Source of the DNA: an uncultured Thermoleophilia bacterium
Lineage (GTDB): Bacteria; Actinomycetota; Thermoleophilia; Gaiellales; Gaiellaceae
DNA length: 64,000 bases
Assembly: GCA_963792455.1 (NCBI GenBank)
Contig: CAWBWA010000005.1
Location: 10,010 to 74,009, forward strand
Direction: 5' to 3'
Part shown: one piece after another, positions 38,937-49,392 of the stretch
Layout of the letters: every line of letters starts with the position of its first letter
Position numbering within the stretch: position 1 is the stretch's first letter
Translations under genes and position numbers: made by a program
Notes under the pieces: generated by a model
What the model was told of the DNA's origin: nothing
What the model saw: the letters and a program-made list of their open reading frames with translations, nothing else
Databases searched by the model: none

Positions 38937-40271
38937 GTGCCGGCGGAGACGAAGTATGCGAAGAGCGGCGACCTCAACATCGCCTACCAGGTGCTCGGCG
39001 ACGGGCCGATCGACTTCGTCTTCACGCCCGGCTACATGTCGCACCTCGAGCAAAACCAGTGGTGGCCGCCGTACAGGAACTTCCTGGAGCGGGCCGCCGC
39101 GTTCTCGCGCTTCATCGTGTTCGACCGGCGCGGGACCGGGCTCTCGGACCGCATCCTCACGCTCGGCTCCTTCGAGGAGATGATGGACGACATTCGCGCC
39201 GTGATGGACGCGGTGGGCTCGGAGCGGGCCGCGCTGCTCGGCGGAGCGGAAGGCGGCCCGATCTGCGCGCTGTTCGCCGCCACGTTCCCGGAACGGACGT
39301 CGGCGCTCGTCCTCGTCGGGTCGTACGCACGGCGGACGTGGGCGCCCGACTACCCCTGGGGGCTCGACGAGGAGACGCAGCAGCGGATTCTCCTCGGGTA
39401 CGAGAAGCACTGGGGGCAGAAGGACTTCGGCCTCAGCTCCCTCGCGCCGTCCGCGATCGGCGACGAGCGATTTGCGGAGTGGTACGCGCAGGCCTGCCGT
39501 TTCGCGGGGACTCCCTCGTCCGCGCTCGCGTGGTTCAAGGTCACGATGGAGATCGACATCCGCGACGTCCTGCCCGCGATCCGCGTGCCGACGCTCGTGA
39601 TCCAGCTGGCGGGCGACCGGGTGATCCCGGTCGAGTCCGGCCGCTACCTCGCTGCGCACATCCCGAACGCGAAATACGTCGTTCTGGAGGGCATCGACCA
39701 CCTTCCGGTCACCGCGGGCGCCGGGGCCGTCGTCGACGAGATCGAGGAGTTCCTCACCGGCTCGCGCAGCACCCGGGAGCCGGATCGCGTGCTCGCGACC
39801 GTGCTCTTCACCGACATCGTCGGCTCCACCGAGCGCGCCGCCGAGCTTGGCGACCGGGACTGGACAGCTCTCCTGAGCGAGCACCACGCCATCGTCCGGG
39901 AGCAGCTGGAGCGGTTCCGCGGCAAGGAGGTCCGGATCTCCGGCGACGGCTTCCTGGCGACGTTCGACGGTCCCGCCCGCGCGGTCCGGTGCGCGTGCGC
40001 AATGCGCGATGCGGTGCGCGGGATCGGCCTCGAGATCCGCGCTGGGCTCCACACGGGCGAGATCGAGCTCACCGACACGGGCGTCGAGGGCATCGCCGTC
40101 CACCTCGGCGCCCGGATCTCGGCTCTCGCGGGAGCGAACGAGGTGCTCGTCTCGAGCACCGTCAAGGATCTCGTCGTCGGCTCGGGAATCGGATTCGAGG
40201 AGCGCGGGAGACACGAGCTCAAGGGCGTGCCGGGGGCCTGGCATGTCCATCTCGTCACCGCGGCCGGCTGA
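38937..40271 (+). CDS. Alpha/beta-hydrolase-class III nucleotidyl cyclase fusion (LipJ/Rv1900c-like)
   Basis: IAYQVLG, FDRRGTGLSD; LFTDIVGST, GDGF, RAGLHTGE, AVHLGAR, LKGVPG. Confidence 0.95.
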   Translation: MPAETKYAKSGDLNIAYQVLGDGPIDFVFTPGYMSHLEQNQWWPPYRNFLERAAAFSRFIVFDRRGTGLSDRILTLGSFEEMMDDIRAVMDAVGSERAALLGGAEGGPICALFAATFPERTSALVLVGSYARRTWAPDYPWGLDEETQQRILLGYEKHWGQKDFGLSSLAPSAIGDERFAEWYAQACRFAGTPSSALAWFKVTMEIDIRDVLPAIRVPTLVIQLAGDRVIPVESGRYLAAHIPNAKYVVLEGIDHLPVTAGAGAVVDEIEEFLTGSRSTREPDRVLATVLFTDIVGSTERAAELGDRDWTALLSEHHAIVREQLERFRGKEVRISGDGFLATFDGPARAVRCACAMRDAVRGIGLEIRAGLHTGEIELTDTGVEGIAVHLGARISALAGANEVLVSSTVKDLVVGSGIGFEERGRHELKGVPGAWHVHLVTAAG

Positions 40272-40326
40272 GCCTGCACGTCGCGAGACCCGGTCGGAGG
40301 CCGAAGCCCCCTGACCGGCGATCGGC

Positions 40327-41478
40327 TCAGCTACCGAACCAGCGCTGCAGGTGCTCGGTCTCGAAGGCGGCCTTCTCGGCGGCATACCGAGCACTCGGCC
40401 CGGCAATCGTGACGACGGGCTCGGGCTCTGCGTACCAGCTCCCCTCGACGAGCGCGGCCGAGCCCGAGCCGATCTCGACCGGGCAGAAGCCGCTGCCGCC
40501 AAACGGGGCGGGCGGCTCCTCTCCGCGCAGCTCGGCCGCGATCGCGCGCGCGACGCGCAGCCCTTGCAGCTCGGCCATCACACCTGCCTTCGGCAGCGGC
40601 AATCCGTTGGAGAGCGGAATCAGGTTCACGTCCCCGACCGCGTAGACGCCTGCGTGGGTGGTCGCGAGCGTGCCCGGATCGACGCCGATCCAGCCGTGCC
40701 CCGCGGTCAGCCCACTCTCGCTGACGACGGCGGGCGGCCGGTGCGGTGGCACCGCGATGAGCAGGTCGAACGGCTCCTCCCCGCCGTCGGCGAGCACGAC
40801 GCGCCCGGCTTCGACATGCTCGGCCTTCGCACCGATGCGCTGCGAGATGCCTCGCTCGGCGAGCTGTCCGGCCATCCATTCGGAGCCCGCCCGGCCGGCG
40901 TTCGGCATCAGCATCGGCTGCAACGTGACGACGGCGAGCTCGGTCCGGTCCCGGAGGCCACGCGCCCGCAGGTGCTCGTCGAGGTGGAAGGCGCACTCGT
41001 ACGGGGCCGGCGGGCACGGATACGGGGCGCCGGCAATCAAGATCAGCAGCCGGCCGCCGTCGAAGCGGGCGAGTGCCTCGGCCGCCGCTGCGACCCCCGC
41101 GAAGGCCCAGACGTCGTGCCCGTGCTCGGCCAGCCCGGGCACGAGATCCGGCCGGGAGACCGCACCGAGCGCGATCCCGAGGTGGTCGCCGTCGAGCCGC
41201 CCGCCGGTGGTCTCGACCGCCCGCGCAGCAGGGTCGATCGACACGATCTCCTCCTGGACGATGCGGATCCCGTGCCGGTCGAGCAGCGAGCGGTTCCGGC
41301 TGCCCTCCGCGATCGTGCCGTGGCCGACGAGCTCCCACAGCTTGCGGAGCCCCATCGTGAACTCCGGCTTGCGATCGACGAGGACGACCTCGAGGTCGTC
41401 GCCGAGCAGCCGCTTCAGCTCGACGGACGCGGCGATGCCGCCGAAGCCACCGCCGAGGACGAGTGCGCGCGAAGTCAC
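40327..41478 (-). CDS. Sulfide:quinone oxidoreductase-like flavoprotein
   Basis: LGGGFGG, CPPAPYE, YAVGD, PKAG, GFCPVE; GTG 41478. Confidence 0.88.
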   Translation of the reverse strand: MTSRALVLGGGFGGIAASVELKRLLGDDLEVVLVDRKPEFTMGLRKLWELVGHGTIAEGSRNRSLLDRHGIRIVQEEIVSIDPAARAVETTGGRLDGDHLGIALGAVSRPDLVPGLAEHGHDVWAFAGVAAAAEALARFDGGRLLILIAGAPYPCPPAPYECAFHLDEHLRARGLRDRTELAVVTLQPMLMPNAGRAGSEWMAGQLAERGISQRIGAKAEHVEAGRVVLADGGEEPFDLLIAVPPHRPPAVVSESGLTAGHGWIGVDPGTLATTHAGVYAVGDVNLIPLSNGLPLPKAGVMAELQGLRVARAIAAELRGEEPPAPFGGSGFCPVEIGSGSAALVEGSWYAEPEPVVTIAGPSARYAAEKAAFETEHLQRWFGS

Positions 41479-41792
41479 GATCCGGCCGTCACGCGCGCGA
41501 CCACTTCGGTCTCGGTCGGCGCGAACGTGTCGACGTGGTCCTGCACCAGGCTCATCCGCTGCTTGAACTCGCGGTGCGCCTTCCAGCTCTGGATCGCCTC
41601 GAGGCTCTCCCACGGAAGAAAGCTGACGAATCGGCCGGGATCCCGGAGGTCGCGGACGAGCACTGCCTCGCCTGCCGCACCCGGCAGCGCCACAGCCCAG
41701 CCGGAGAACTCCTTCCAGGCCTCGAGGAACGGCTCCTCCTGGCCGGCGTGCGGCAGCCACGAGCCGGTGGAGTAGAAGGCCGGGCCGCTCAC
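41475..41792 (-). CDS. ABM-family (antibiotic biosynthesis monooxygenase-like) protein
   Basis: GQEEPFLEAW, RFVSFLPWESLEAIQSW; overlaps the start of the SQR-like gene. Confidence 0.8.
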   Translation of the reverse strand: MSGPAFYSTGSWLPHAGQEEPFLEAWKEFSGWAVALPGAAGEAVLVRDLRDPGRFVSFLPWESLEAIQSWKAHREFKQRMSLVQDHVDTFAPTETEVVARVTAGS

Positions 41793-41834
41793 GACGCCAA
41801 GTATGGCGACGCGCCACGATCCGTGACAACCCGC

Positions 41835-43820
41835 CTAGCGCGACGGCGCGGCCGGGGGAGGGCTCTGCGGGAACGCGACCCAGCCGTTGTCGGCGAAGCT
41901 CGCGAGGCTTGTCGCCTCGACGCCACCGTCCGAGACGGTGTAGAGCGAGCCGCGGACGACGAGTGAGCGGCGAATCGGCATCTCTCCGCTCCGGACTCCC
42001 GACGGCACGCCGGGCTCCCCGGTGTGCGTGACGCGCCCCACCTCGTCGATGCCGCTGCGCCCGACGCGGAAACCGATCGCTCCGGCGAACGGCTTGTCGG
42101 CGTACGCCTGCACCGGCAACACAGCGAGCCGCGTAGGCCCCCACCAGAGGAACGCGTGGTGGTCGCTCTCGGCCTCCGACCAGGATGATCCGAGCGCCTG
42201 CGCCCTGACTCGCACCGGGTGACGCAGGTCCGAGACGTCGAACAGCGAGAGCTGCATGCCGAGCACGCGTCCCTCTTCCGAGATGTCCCGCCCGATCCCG
42301 AGCAGCAGGTCGTCGCCGACGGGGTGGAGGTAGGCCGAGTAGCCGAGGAGCTTCAACTCGCCGAGCACCCTCGGCCGCGCCGGCGTCGAGAGGTCGAGGG
42401 TATAGAGCGGGTCGACCTGCCGGAAGGTGACGACGTAGCCGGTGTCGCCGATGAAGCGGACGGCATAGACGCGCTCGCCCTGGCCGAGCCCTCCCACCTG
42501 GCCGACCTTGACGAGAGCCCCGCCTTGCTCGCGCAATGTCGTGACGAGGCTCGCGCTCTGCTCGCGTGGGCCGGGATTCCACCACGTCGGCTCTTCGGTG
42601 CTGGCGACGCGGAGGACGCCCTTGTACTCCGACAGCGACCACTGGCTCATGAGGTAACCCGGGACCGTGCCGCTGCCGCGGTAGTGCGTCGCTTTCGGGT
42701 CGGAGACGTCGAACTTGTGGATCGTGGTCGTCGTCTTCGGCGGGTCGGTGTCGCCGGCCGCGACCGGCTGCGCGAACCAGCGCTGGGTTGCGACGTAGAG
42801 GCTCTCCTGCGACCCGTAGACGGTCTGGCCGCCGGCGAGCACGGAGCTCGAGTCGACCAGAGCGAGCCCCTTGTCGAGATCGATGGTGAGGACCGTGAGC
42901 AGGCCGAGCCCGGAGTAAACGACCGGTCGGCGCACGTCCCGGCAGTTGACGAGGGAGCGCTTCGCCAGCGTCTCGCCGCGCCGGCCCTTAACTGCGTACG
43001 ACGGCAACCAGCTCGTGATACGAGATGTACGAACGACGGCGCGGTTCTTTGCGAGCGCCGCGGCGGCCGCCGCAGGCGTCGTCTCGTCGGGAGCGACGAA
43101 CGGCAGCTGCTGCGGCATCGAGGAGGCGGTCACCACTCGTACGACCGACCCGACGAGCCGGGCGGAGACGTAGTCTGCGTCGAGCACCATGCTGCGGACG
43201 ATCCGTAGCTCCGAGGGGTTTCGCACGTCGATCTCGATCAGGCTCGACTGCGGGGCGGAGAACGGCAGCGACCGCGTCGCACCGGCCTGCGGTGGCACGT
43301 CGACGGCAACACGCCCGCCGTGCGAGAGAACGAGGAGGCGGTTGCCGTGGAGCAGGAGCTCATAGCCGTACCCCGCGGGTAGCTGCACCGAGCCTGCGAG
43401 CTTCGGCCGGAGCCCACGGACGTCGACGGCGAAGAGCCGGTCGGAGCGGACGGCGAAGAGATGCGAGCCGTCGGACTTGACGATGTCGGGCTCGTCGACG
43501 CCCTCCTCCTGCACGTTCGTGGTCGAGTAGTCCACACCCGCCGAGCCGGACGACTTCGCGTCGCCCGCTGCCGGCGCCCCGACGGTCTGAGCATCGCCTA
43601 CACCGCCCGTCGAGCCGCCGAGCCCCCACGACCCGACGAGCGGCAGCGCGTGCTGCTTCGCGTAGCTCAGGAGCCGTGGGCACGTCCCGAAGGACTGGAG
43701 CCGCGCCCCGCTTCCAGCGGCGGCCGTGGCGCTCGCCTCGGCCGAGCGACCTCCGGTCGCGCCGACCAGCGCCGACAACAGCGCCGCGGCGAGGACGAGC
43801 AGGAGGGTGCGATTTCTCAT
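41835..43820 (-). CDS. Secreted Beta_propel-family protein
   Basis: Signal peptide; STTNVQEEGVDEPDIVKSDG; ERVYAVRF; VVTFRQVDPL; GELKLLGYSAYLHP. Confidence 0.92.
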   Translation of the reverse strand: MRNRTLLLVLAAALLSALVGATGGRSAEASATAAAGSGARLQSFGTCPRLLSYAKQHALPLVGSWGLGGSTGGVGDAQTVGAPAAGDAKSSGSAGVDYSTTNVQEEGVDEPDIVKSDGSHLFAVRSDRLFAVDVRGLRPKLAGSVQLPAGYGYELLLHGNRLLVLSHGGRVAVDVPPQAGATRSLPFSAPQSSLIEIDVRNPSELRIVRSMVLDADYVSARLVGSVVRVVTASSMPQQLPFVAPDETTPAAAAAALAKNRAVVRTSRITSWLPSYAVKGRRGETLAKRSLVNCRDVRRPVVYSGLGLLTVLTIDLDKGLALVDSSSVLAGGQTVYGSQESLYVATQRWFAQPVAAGDTDPPKTTTTIHKFDVSDPKATHYRGSGTVPGYLMSQWSLSEYKGVLRVASTEEPTWWNPGPREQSASLVTTLREQGGALVKVGQVGGLGQGERVYAVRFIGDTGYVVTFRQVDPLYTLDLSTPARPRVLGELKLLGYSAYLHPVGDDLLLGIGRDISEEGRVLGMQLSLFDVSDLRHPVRVRAQALGSSWSEAESDHHAFLWWGPTRLAVLPVQAYADKPFAGAIGFRVGRSGIDEVGRVTHTGEPGVPSGVRSGEMPIRRSLVVRGSLYTVSDGGVEATSLASFADNGWVAFPQSPPPAAPSR

Positions 43821-43910
43821 GGCACCCCTGATACGCCGCCGGTCGGGCAAGACGTCACACCTCCTCTGCCGAAACGGATGCTACCGACCGGAAGAGCGGC
43901 CTGCGGTCGG

Positions 43911-45491
43911 TCAGGAGCTCTCGCCGGGGCCGGCGCGATCGAGCTCGAGCCGGCGGAGCTCGATGCGGCGGATCTTCCCGGTCAGCGTCTTCGGTAGGTC
44001 GGGCACGAACTCGACGAGCCGCGGGTAGGCGTAGGCCGAGAGCCGCTCGCGGACGAACGCCTTGATCTCCGCGGCGAGCTCCTCCGAGGGCGAGTAGTCG
44101 TCGGCGAGGACGATGAACGCCTTGACCACGTTGCCGCGCAGCTCGTCGGGCGAGGCGACCGCAGCGGCCTCCCGCACCGCAGGGTGCTCGAGACAGGCGG
44201 ACTCGACCTCGAACGGCCCGATCCGGTAGCCGGCGGCGATGATCACGTCGTCGGCACGGCCGACGTACCAGTAGTAGCCCTCCTCGTCCTGGACGGCGGC
44301 GTCCTTCGTGTGGAACCAGTCGCCGCCGAACGTCTCCTCGCCTGCCTCGTCGTTGCGCCAGTAGCCGAGCGGGTAGTGCGGGTTCGAGCGGGCGCGCAGG
44401 CAGATCTCGCCCCGCTCCCCCTGTGCAACCGGTTGTTCGTCCTCGTCGAGGATCTGCACGTCCCAGCCCGGCGCCGGCTTGCCCATGGAGCCCTCGCGGA
44501 CCTCCATGAAGGGGTAGTTGGCGACGAGCGGATACGACTCCGTGAGCCCGTAGAAATCGAGCACGGTCACCCCGTACTGCTGGCGGAACCAGCGGATCGC
44601 CTCGGGGTTGAGCGGCTCGCCCGCCGAGCAGACGCGGCGGAAGGCCTGCGGGTAACGCGTTCCTGCGTCCTCGATCGCCATCATCGAGCGCATCGCAGTC
44701 GGGGTCGTGAACACGTTCGTGACCCGGTGGCGGCTGAGGAAGGCGAGCTGCCGGTTCGGGTCGAAGCCGCCCTCGCGCCGGTAGACGCACTGCACCGCCC
44801 CGAGCCGCCAGGGACCGAGCAGCGGGGCGATCCCGGCCGCCCACGCCCACTCGCCCATTCCGTGAAAGCGCTCGCCGTCCTGCACCTCGTGGCAGTAGAC
44901 GAACTCCTCGTGCGCGAGGATGTAGCGGTGCGCGTGGACGATCCCCTTCGCAAGCCCGGTCGTCCCTGACGTGTAGTAGAGCTGGGCCGGGTCGTCGGCC
45001 GACGTGTCGACGCAGACGAAGTCCGTCGGGGCGCTGCCGAGCGTTCCCTGCTCGAGCACGAGGACGTCCGGCGCCCACGGCCGGTCGAACCGCGACGCGT
45101 TCTCGGCATCGGTGACGAGGAGCCGTGCCTCGGAGTCGGAGAGGCGGTGCTCGATCCCGTCGTCGCCGTAGAGCACCGACATCGAGAGCAGGATCGCGCC
45201 GAGCTTCCAGACGCCGAAGAAGATCGCCGCCGCCTCGGGCGTCGGGGGCAGGACGACGGCGACGCGGTCACCCCGCGCCACGCCGCGCGCCGCCAGCGCG
45301 TGTGCCGCCTGGTTCGCCAGGTCCTGCAGCTCACCCCACGCGAGCTCGCGCACCGAGCCGTCGAAGCTCTCCCAGATCATCGCGGCCTTGTCGCGCGGAT
45401 GCTTGTCGCAGACGTCGGCGGCGATGTTGTAGCGCTCCGGCACCTCCCAGCGATGGGATGCGCACAGCTCCTCGTAGCTGGATTCGCTCAT
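43911..45491 (-). CDS. Acyl-CoA synthetase (AMP-forming)
   Basis: YTSGTTGLAKG, SAGEP, YGLTE, GRADD, YRIGPFEVE, LPKTLTGKI. Confidence 0.96.
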   Translation of the reverse strand: MSESSYEELCASHRWEVPERYNIAADVCDKHPRDKAAMIWESFDGSVRELAWGELQDLANQAAHALAARGVARGDRVAVVLPPTPEAAAIFFGVWKLGAILLSMSVLYGDDGIEHRLSDSEARLLVTDAENASRFDRPWAPDVLVLEQGTLGSAPTDFVCVDTSADDPAQLYYTSGTTGLAKGIVHAHRYILAHEEFVYCHEVQDGERFHGMGEWAWAAGIAPLLGPWRLGAVQCVYRREGGFDPNRQLAFLSRHRVTNVFTTPTAMRSMMAIEDAGTRYPQAFRRVCSAGEPLNPEAIRWFRQQYGVTVLDFYGLTESYPLVANYPFMEVREGSMGKPAPGWDVQILDEDEQPVAQGERGEICLRARSNPHYPLGYWRNDEAGEETFGGDWFHTKDAAVQDEEGYYWYVGRADDVIIAAGYRIGPFEVESACLEHPAVREAAAVASPDELRGNVVKAFIVLADDYSPSEELAAEIKAFVRERLSAYAYPRLVEFVPDLPKTLTGKIRRIELRRLELDRAGPGESS

Positions 45492-45628
45492 GTTTCACCT
45501 TCCCGTGCCGGTAGCGCCGAGCCGCCGCCAGGGATCATCTCACGCCGGAGCCGGAATCCGGTACTTCCCGCTACCCACTCGGTGTCACCCCGGATGCATC
45601 GGCGTCAGCCGGCAGCAACGCTGGCAGT

Positions 45629-46729
45629 GTGGTCCCCGTTGCCCGACGCAATCTCCTGGGGGAGAAGGGCCGGCTCGCAATGTCGGTGGCAGGCTCTGCC
45701 TGTGCGGTCCTCCTGATCCTCCTCGTCGCAAGCCTGTACCGCGGGTGGAGCACGGCGTCGAGCATCCTGACCCGTCTGCCGGGTGACGTCTGGGTCGCGC
45801 AGGCAGGCACCCGCGACCCGTTTCGCTCCATGTCCATGCTTCCGTCCGGCGCAGCCGGTCGCCTCGAGCAGATCTCCGGCGTCCGGCTCGCGATCCCGGT
45901 CTTCGCGCGCCGCATCGCGTTCACGCAGGACGGCAGAGATCTCGACGTCTACTTCATGTCGCTCGACGTTCCGACCGGCCGACAGTGGCCCGCGGCCGTT
46001 CGCTCGAGCTTCCTGCCACCGCGCGGTGGGGTCGCAGTGGACCAGGCTCTCGCGCGGAAAGCCGGCCTGCACGTCGGCGACGAGCTCGACGTCCTGGGCC
46101 GGAAACTGCGCATCACGGGGATCCGGCCCGGAGGAAATCCGCTCTACCAGCTCGCGTTCGTCAACGGCGCCGACGCCCAGGAGGTGCTGCGGCTCGGCGA
46201 CGTCACGAGCTTCTACCTGCTGTCGGTGACGGACGGAGCGAACGTCGCCGCCGTGGCCCGGGCATCCGAGGCGGCGCTGCCGGGAACCGAAGCCAGCACG
46301 AGCGCCGCGTTCGCCGCTGCGACGGCGCGGCTCGTCAACGAGGGCTTCCTGCCCGTCGTCGGCGCACTCGTCGCGATCGGCTTCCTGGTCGGAGGAGCGG
46401 TGATCGGTCTCACGACCTACACCGCCACGATCGAGAAGGCTCGGGACTTCGGCGTCCTGAAGGCTCTCGGCGCCTCCGACGGGTTCCTCTACCGGATCGT
46501 CGTCCAGCAGAGCCTGATCGTCGGGGTGGCGGGAGCAACCCTGGGGATCGGAGCATCCGCGCTCGCGGCCTCCCTGATCGAGCGGCGCGTTCCGGAGTTC
46601 GTGACCGAGCTCCGGATCGGCGACGCCGCCGGAGTGTTCGCCATCACCCTGCTCGTCTCGCTGGTCGCCGCCTATCTTCCGGCCCACAGGATCAACCACA
46701 TCGACCCGGCGATCGTGTTCCGGGCATGA
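45629..46729 (+). CDS. ABC permease, MacB/FtsX family
   Basis: ARRNL, extracellular domain, FGVLKALGA, DPAIVFR. Confidence 0.92.
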   Translation: MVPVARRNLLGEKGRLAMSVAGSACAVLLILLVASLYRGWSTASSILTRLPGDVWVAQAGTRDPFRSMSMLPSGAAGRLEQISGVRLAIPVFARRIAFTQDGRDLDVYFMSLDVPTGRQWPAAVRSSFLPPRGGVAVDQALARKAGLHVGDELDVLGRKLRITGIRPGGNPLYQLAFVNGADAQEVLRLGDVTSFYLLSVTDGANVAAVARASEAALPGTEASTSAAFAAATARLVNEGFLPVVGALVAIGFLVGGAVIGLTTYTATIEKARDFGVLKALGASDGFLYRIVVQQSLIVGVAGATLGIGASALAASLIERRVPEFVTELRIGDAAGVFAITLLVSLVAAYLPAHRINHIDPAIVFRA

Positions 46730-47421
46730 CCGGCCGCACCTCACTCCTGCAGGTCGCCGACCTGACCAAGGTCTTCGGCGCCGGTCGCACCGAGGTGCGG
46801 GCCGTCGACGGTGTCTCCTTCACGACGGGGGCGGGTGAGATCACGCTCGTGATGGGCCCGTCGGGCTCGGGCAAGACGACCCTGCTGACGCTGATCGGCG
46901 GCCTTCTCCGCCCGTCGTCGGGACGCGTCGTCATCGAGGGCGTCGAGATCACCTCCCTGCCTTCCCGGGAGCTGCCACGCGTTCGGCGCGAGTCCGTGGG
47001 CTTCGTGTTCCAGACGTTCAACCTCCTCGAGTCCCTGACGACGCTCGAAAACGTCGAGGTCGCCCTGAACGTGGCGGGTGTGAAAGGCACCGAAGCGCGG
47101 GCGCGCGCCACCGAACTGCTCGTCGCAGCCGGGCTCGAGACACGACTCGCGTTCCGCGCCCGGGATCTCTCGGGCGGCGAGAAGCAGCGTGTCTCGATCG
47201 CGCGTGCGCTCGCAAACCGGCCGGCGCTGCTCCTCGCCGACGAGCCGACCGCGAACCTCGATTCGCTCCACGGGGGCGAGGTGATGGACGTCCTGCGCAA
47301 CCTCGTCAAGGAAGACGACCGGGCCGCCGTCGTCGTCTCGCACGACGTGCGACTCCAGAGGATCGCGGACCGGGTGCTGCGGCTCGAGGACGGTCGGCTC
47401 CGGGCCGTGGCGGCCGCCTGA
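46726..47421 (+). CDS. ABC ATP-binding protein (LolD/MacB type)
   Basis: GPSGSGKT, LSGGEKQR, LLADEPT, VSHD; tail of ORF 45985-47421. Confidence 0.95.
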   Translation: MTGRTSLLQVADLTKVFGAGRTEVRAVDGVSFTTGAGEITLVMGPSGSGKTTLLTLIGGLLRPSSGRVVIEGVEITSLPSRELPRVRRESVGFVFQTFNLLESLTTLENVEVALNVAGVKGTEARARATELLVAAGLETRLAFRARDLSGGEKQRVSIARALANRPALLLADEPTANLDSLHGGEVMDVLRNLVKEDDRAAVVVSHDVRLQRIADRVLRLEDGRLRAVAAA

Positions 47422-47492
47422 GGCGGGCAGGCTTGGCGTAAGGGTTCCGTGAAGGAACCCAACCTCGCCCCGTCTCCCGCGTCTCTCTCTGC

Positions 47493-47753
47493 ATGGGCGC
47501 TGAAGACGACACCATCGGGGCGGAGGTCGTCTACCTGCTCGCCGAGCTCCGCTCGGACGAGAGGGGGCCGGTGCACGAGATCGGCTCGCGTGCCCGGGTG
47601 CTCGGCGCCGACGGCGACCGGCTGACGCTCGCAGTCGCCTGCGGCAGCAGGGAAGACGTCGTCACCTGCCCGCGCGGCCACGTCGCGCACCGTCGGCGGC
47701 CGCTCCCGTCCCGCCCCCGGTTCAGGCGCGCGGACCTCCCTCCCGCCGCCTGA
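47493..47753 (+). CDS. Hypothetical protein
   Basis: 86-aa ORF filling the intergenic gap, with plausible beta-rich composition. Confidence 0.5.
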   Translation: MGAEDDTIGAEVVYLLAELRSDERGPVHEIGSRARVLGADGDRLTLAVACGSREDVVTCPRGHVAHRRRPLPSRPRFRRADLPPAA

Positions 47754-47798
47754 CCCATCTGACCCGTCTAGGCGACGCTCCCTCCCCCGGGAGCCCGC

Positions 47799-48161
47799 CT
47801 ACTCGGGTCGGTGGCAGACCGCCTCGATGTTGTTGCCGTCCGGGTCGTAGACGAACGCGGCGTAGTACGACGGGTGGTAGTGCGGACGGAGCCCCGGCCG
47901 GCCGTTGTCGTGGCCGCCGGCCGCCAGTGCCGCCTCGTAGAACGCATCGACGGTTGCCCGGTCGGGACTGGTGAACGCGACGTGGACCGGACCCGAGAGC
48001 TCACGGTCGGCGATCCAGAAAGCCGGCTTGCCGTCCTTGCCGTAGCCGACGCCATGCGGCATTGCCATCACGACACCCATCCCGAGCGCGGCGAGCGCCT
48101 GCTCGTAGAACGCACTGCAGGCCTCCAGGTCGTCGACCCCGATGATGATGTGGTCGATCAT
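47799..48161 (-). CDS. VOC/glyoxalase-family protein
   Basis: MIDH, HVAF, DNGRPGLRPHY, YAAFVYDPDGNNIEAV. Confidence 0.94.
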   Translation of the reverse strand: MIDHIIIGVDDLEACSAFYEQALAALGMGVVMAMPHGVGYGKDGKPAFWIADRELSGPVHVAFTSPDRATVDAFYEAALAAGGHDNGRPGLRPHYHPSYYAAFVYDPDGNNIEAVCHRPE

Positions 48162-48345
48162 GACGCGCCTCCTCACTTCCGGGTGTGCGAGCGCCTGAGG
48201 GACTGCTGGCCGGCGCCGGCTCTCACCGCCAGTCTCGACCCCGTGCGGCCCGCGGGCATCGGTATTCCGAGGCGGGCCGCGTCCGTAGTCACCCCCGATC
48301 CGGGCATCGTGCGCTATCTTGTTGCGTGCTCAATCAATCGCACAC

Positions 48346-49392
48346 ATGGAACTTGGCCTCTACACCTTCGCGGAGCTCACGCCCGACCCGGCCACGGGGC
48401 AGGCGATCTCGCCCGCGCAGCGTCTGCGCAACCTGATCGAGGAGGCGACGCTCGCCGACGAGGTCGGGCTGGACGTCTTCGGAGTCGGCGAGCACCATCG
48501 CCCCGACTTTGCCGTCTCCGCTCCGGCCGTCGTGCTGGCTGCCGTCGCCGAGAGGACGCGGCGCGTCCGGCTGACGAGTGCGGTCAGCGTCCTCAGCTCG
48601 GAAGACCCCGTCCGAGTGTTCCAGCAGTTTGCCACCCTCGACCTGATCGCGGGCGGGCGGGCGGAGATCATGGCCGGGCGCGGCTCGTTCATCGAGTCGT
48701 TCCCGCTCTTCGGCTACGACCTCGCCGACTACGACGATCTCTTCTCCGAGAAGCTCGACCTTCTTCTGCGCCTCCGGGAGGCCGAGCGAGTCACCTGGTC
48801 GGGACGCCTGCGCTCCCCACTCGCGGATGCCGGCATCTATCCACGCCCGACGCAGGACCCGCTGCCGGTGTGGATCGCCGTCGGGGGAAACCCGGCGTCG
48901 GCTGCCCGGGCCGGAGCGCTCGGCCTTCCCATGGCGCTCGCGATCATCGGCGGGATGCCAGAGCGATTCGCCCCCTTCGCGGAGATCCACCGCCGCGCGG
49001 CGTTCGAGACCGGCCACGACGCCCTACCGCTCAGCATCAACTCGCACGGCTTCATCGCCGACACCTCGCAGGCGGCGGCCGACGCGTCATGGCCCCAGTT
49101 CAACGCGATGATGACCAAGATCGGGCAGGAGCGAGGCTGGCCGCCGATGAGCCGGGACGACTTCGAGACGACACGCACCCTCCGCGGCGCGAACTTCGTC
49201 GGGAGCCCGCAGGAGGTCGTCGAGAAGATTCTCTTCCAGCACGAGATCTTCGGCCACCAACGCTTCCTCCTCTACCTGAGCAGCCTCGATCACGCGAAGA
49301 CGATGCGGGCGATCGAGCTGTACGGGACAGAGGTTGCGCCCGCGGTCCGGGCCGAGGTGGCGCGGCGGGCATCGATTACGCTGCCCGTGTGA
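48346..49392 (+). CDS. Luciferase-like (LLM) flavin-dependent oxidoreductase
   Basis: [31 protein letters not shown]. Confidence 0.95.
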   Translation: MELGLYTFAELTPDPATGQAISPAQRLRNLIEEATLADEVGLDVFGVGEHHRPDFAVSAPAVVLAAVAERTRRVRLTSAVSVLSSEDPVRVFQQFATLDLIAGGRAEIMAGRGSFIESFPLFGYDLADYDDLFSEKLDLLLRLREAERVTWSGRLRSPLADAGIYPRPTQDPLPVWIAVGGNPASAARAGALGLPMALAIIGGMPERFAPFAEIHRRAAFETGHDALPLSINSHGFIADTSQAAADASWPQFNAMMTKIGQERGWPPMSRDDFETTRTLRGANFVGSPQEVVEKILFQHEIFGHQRFLLYLSSLDHAKTMRAIELYGTEVAPAVRAEVARRASITLPV

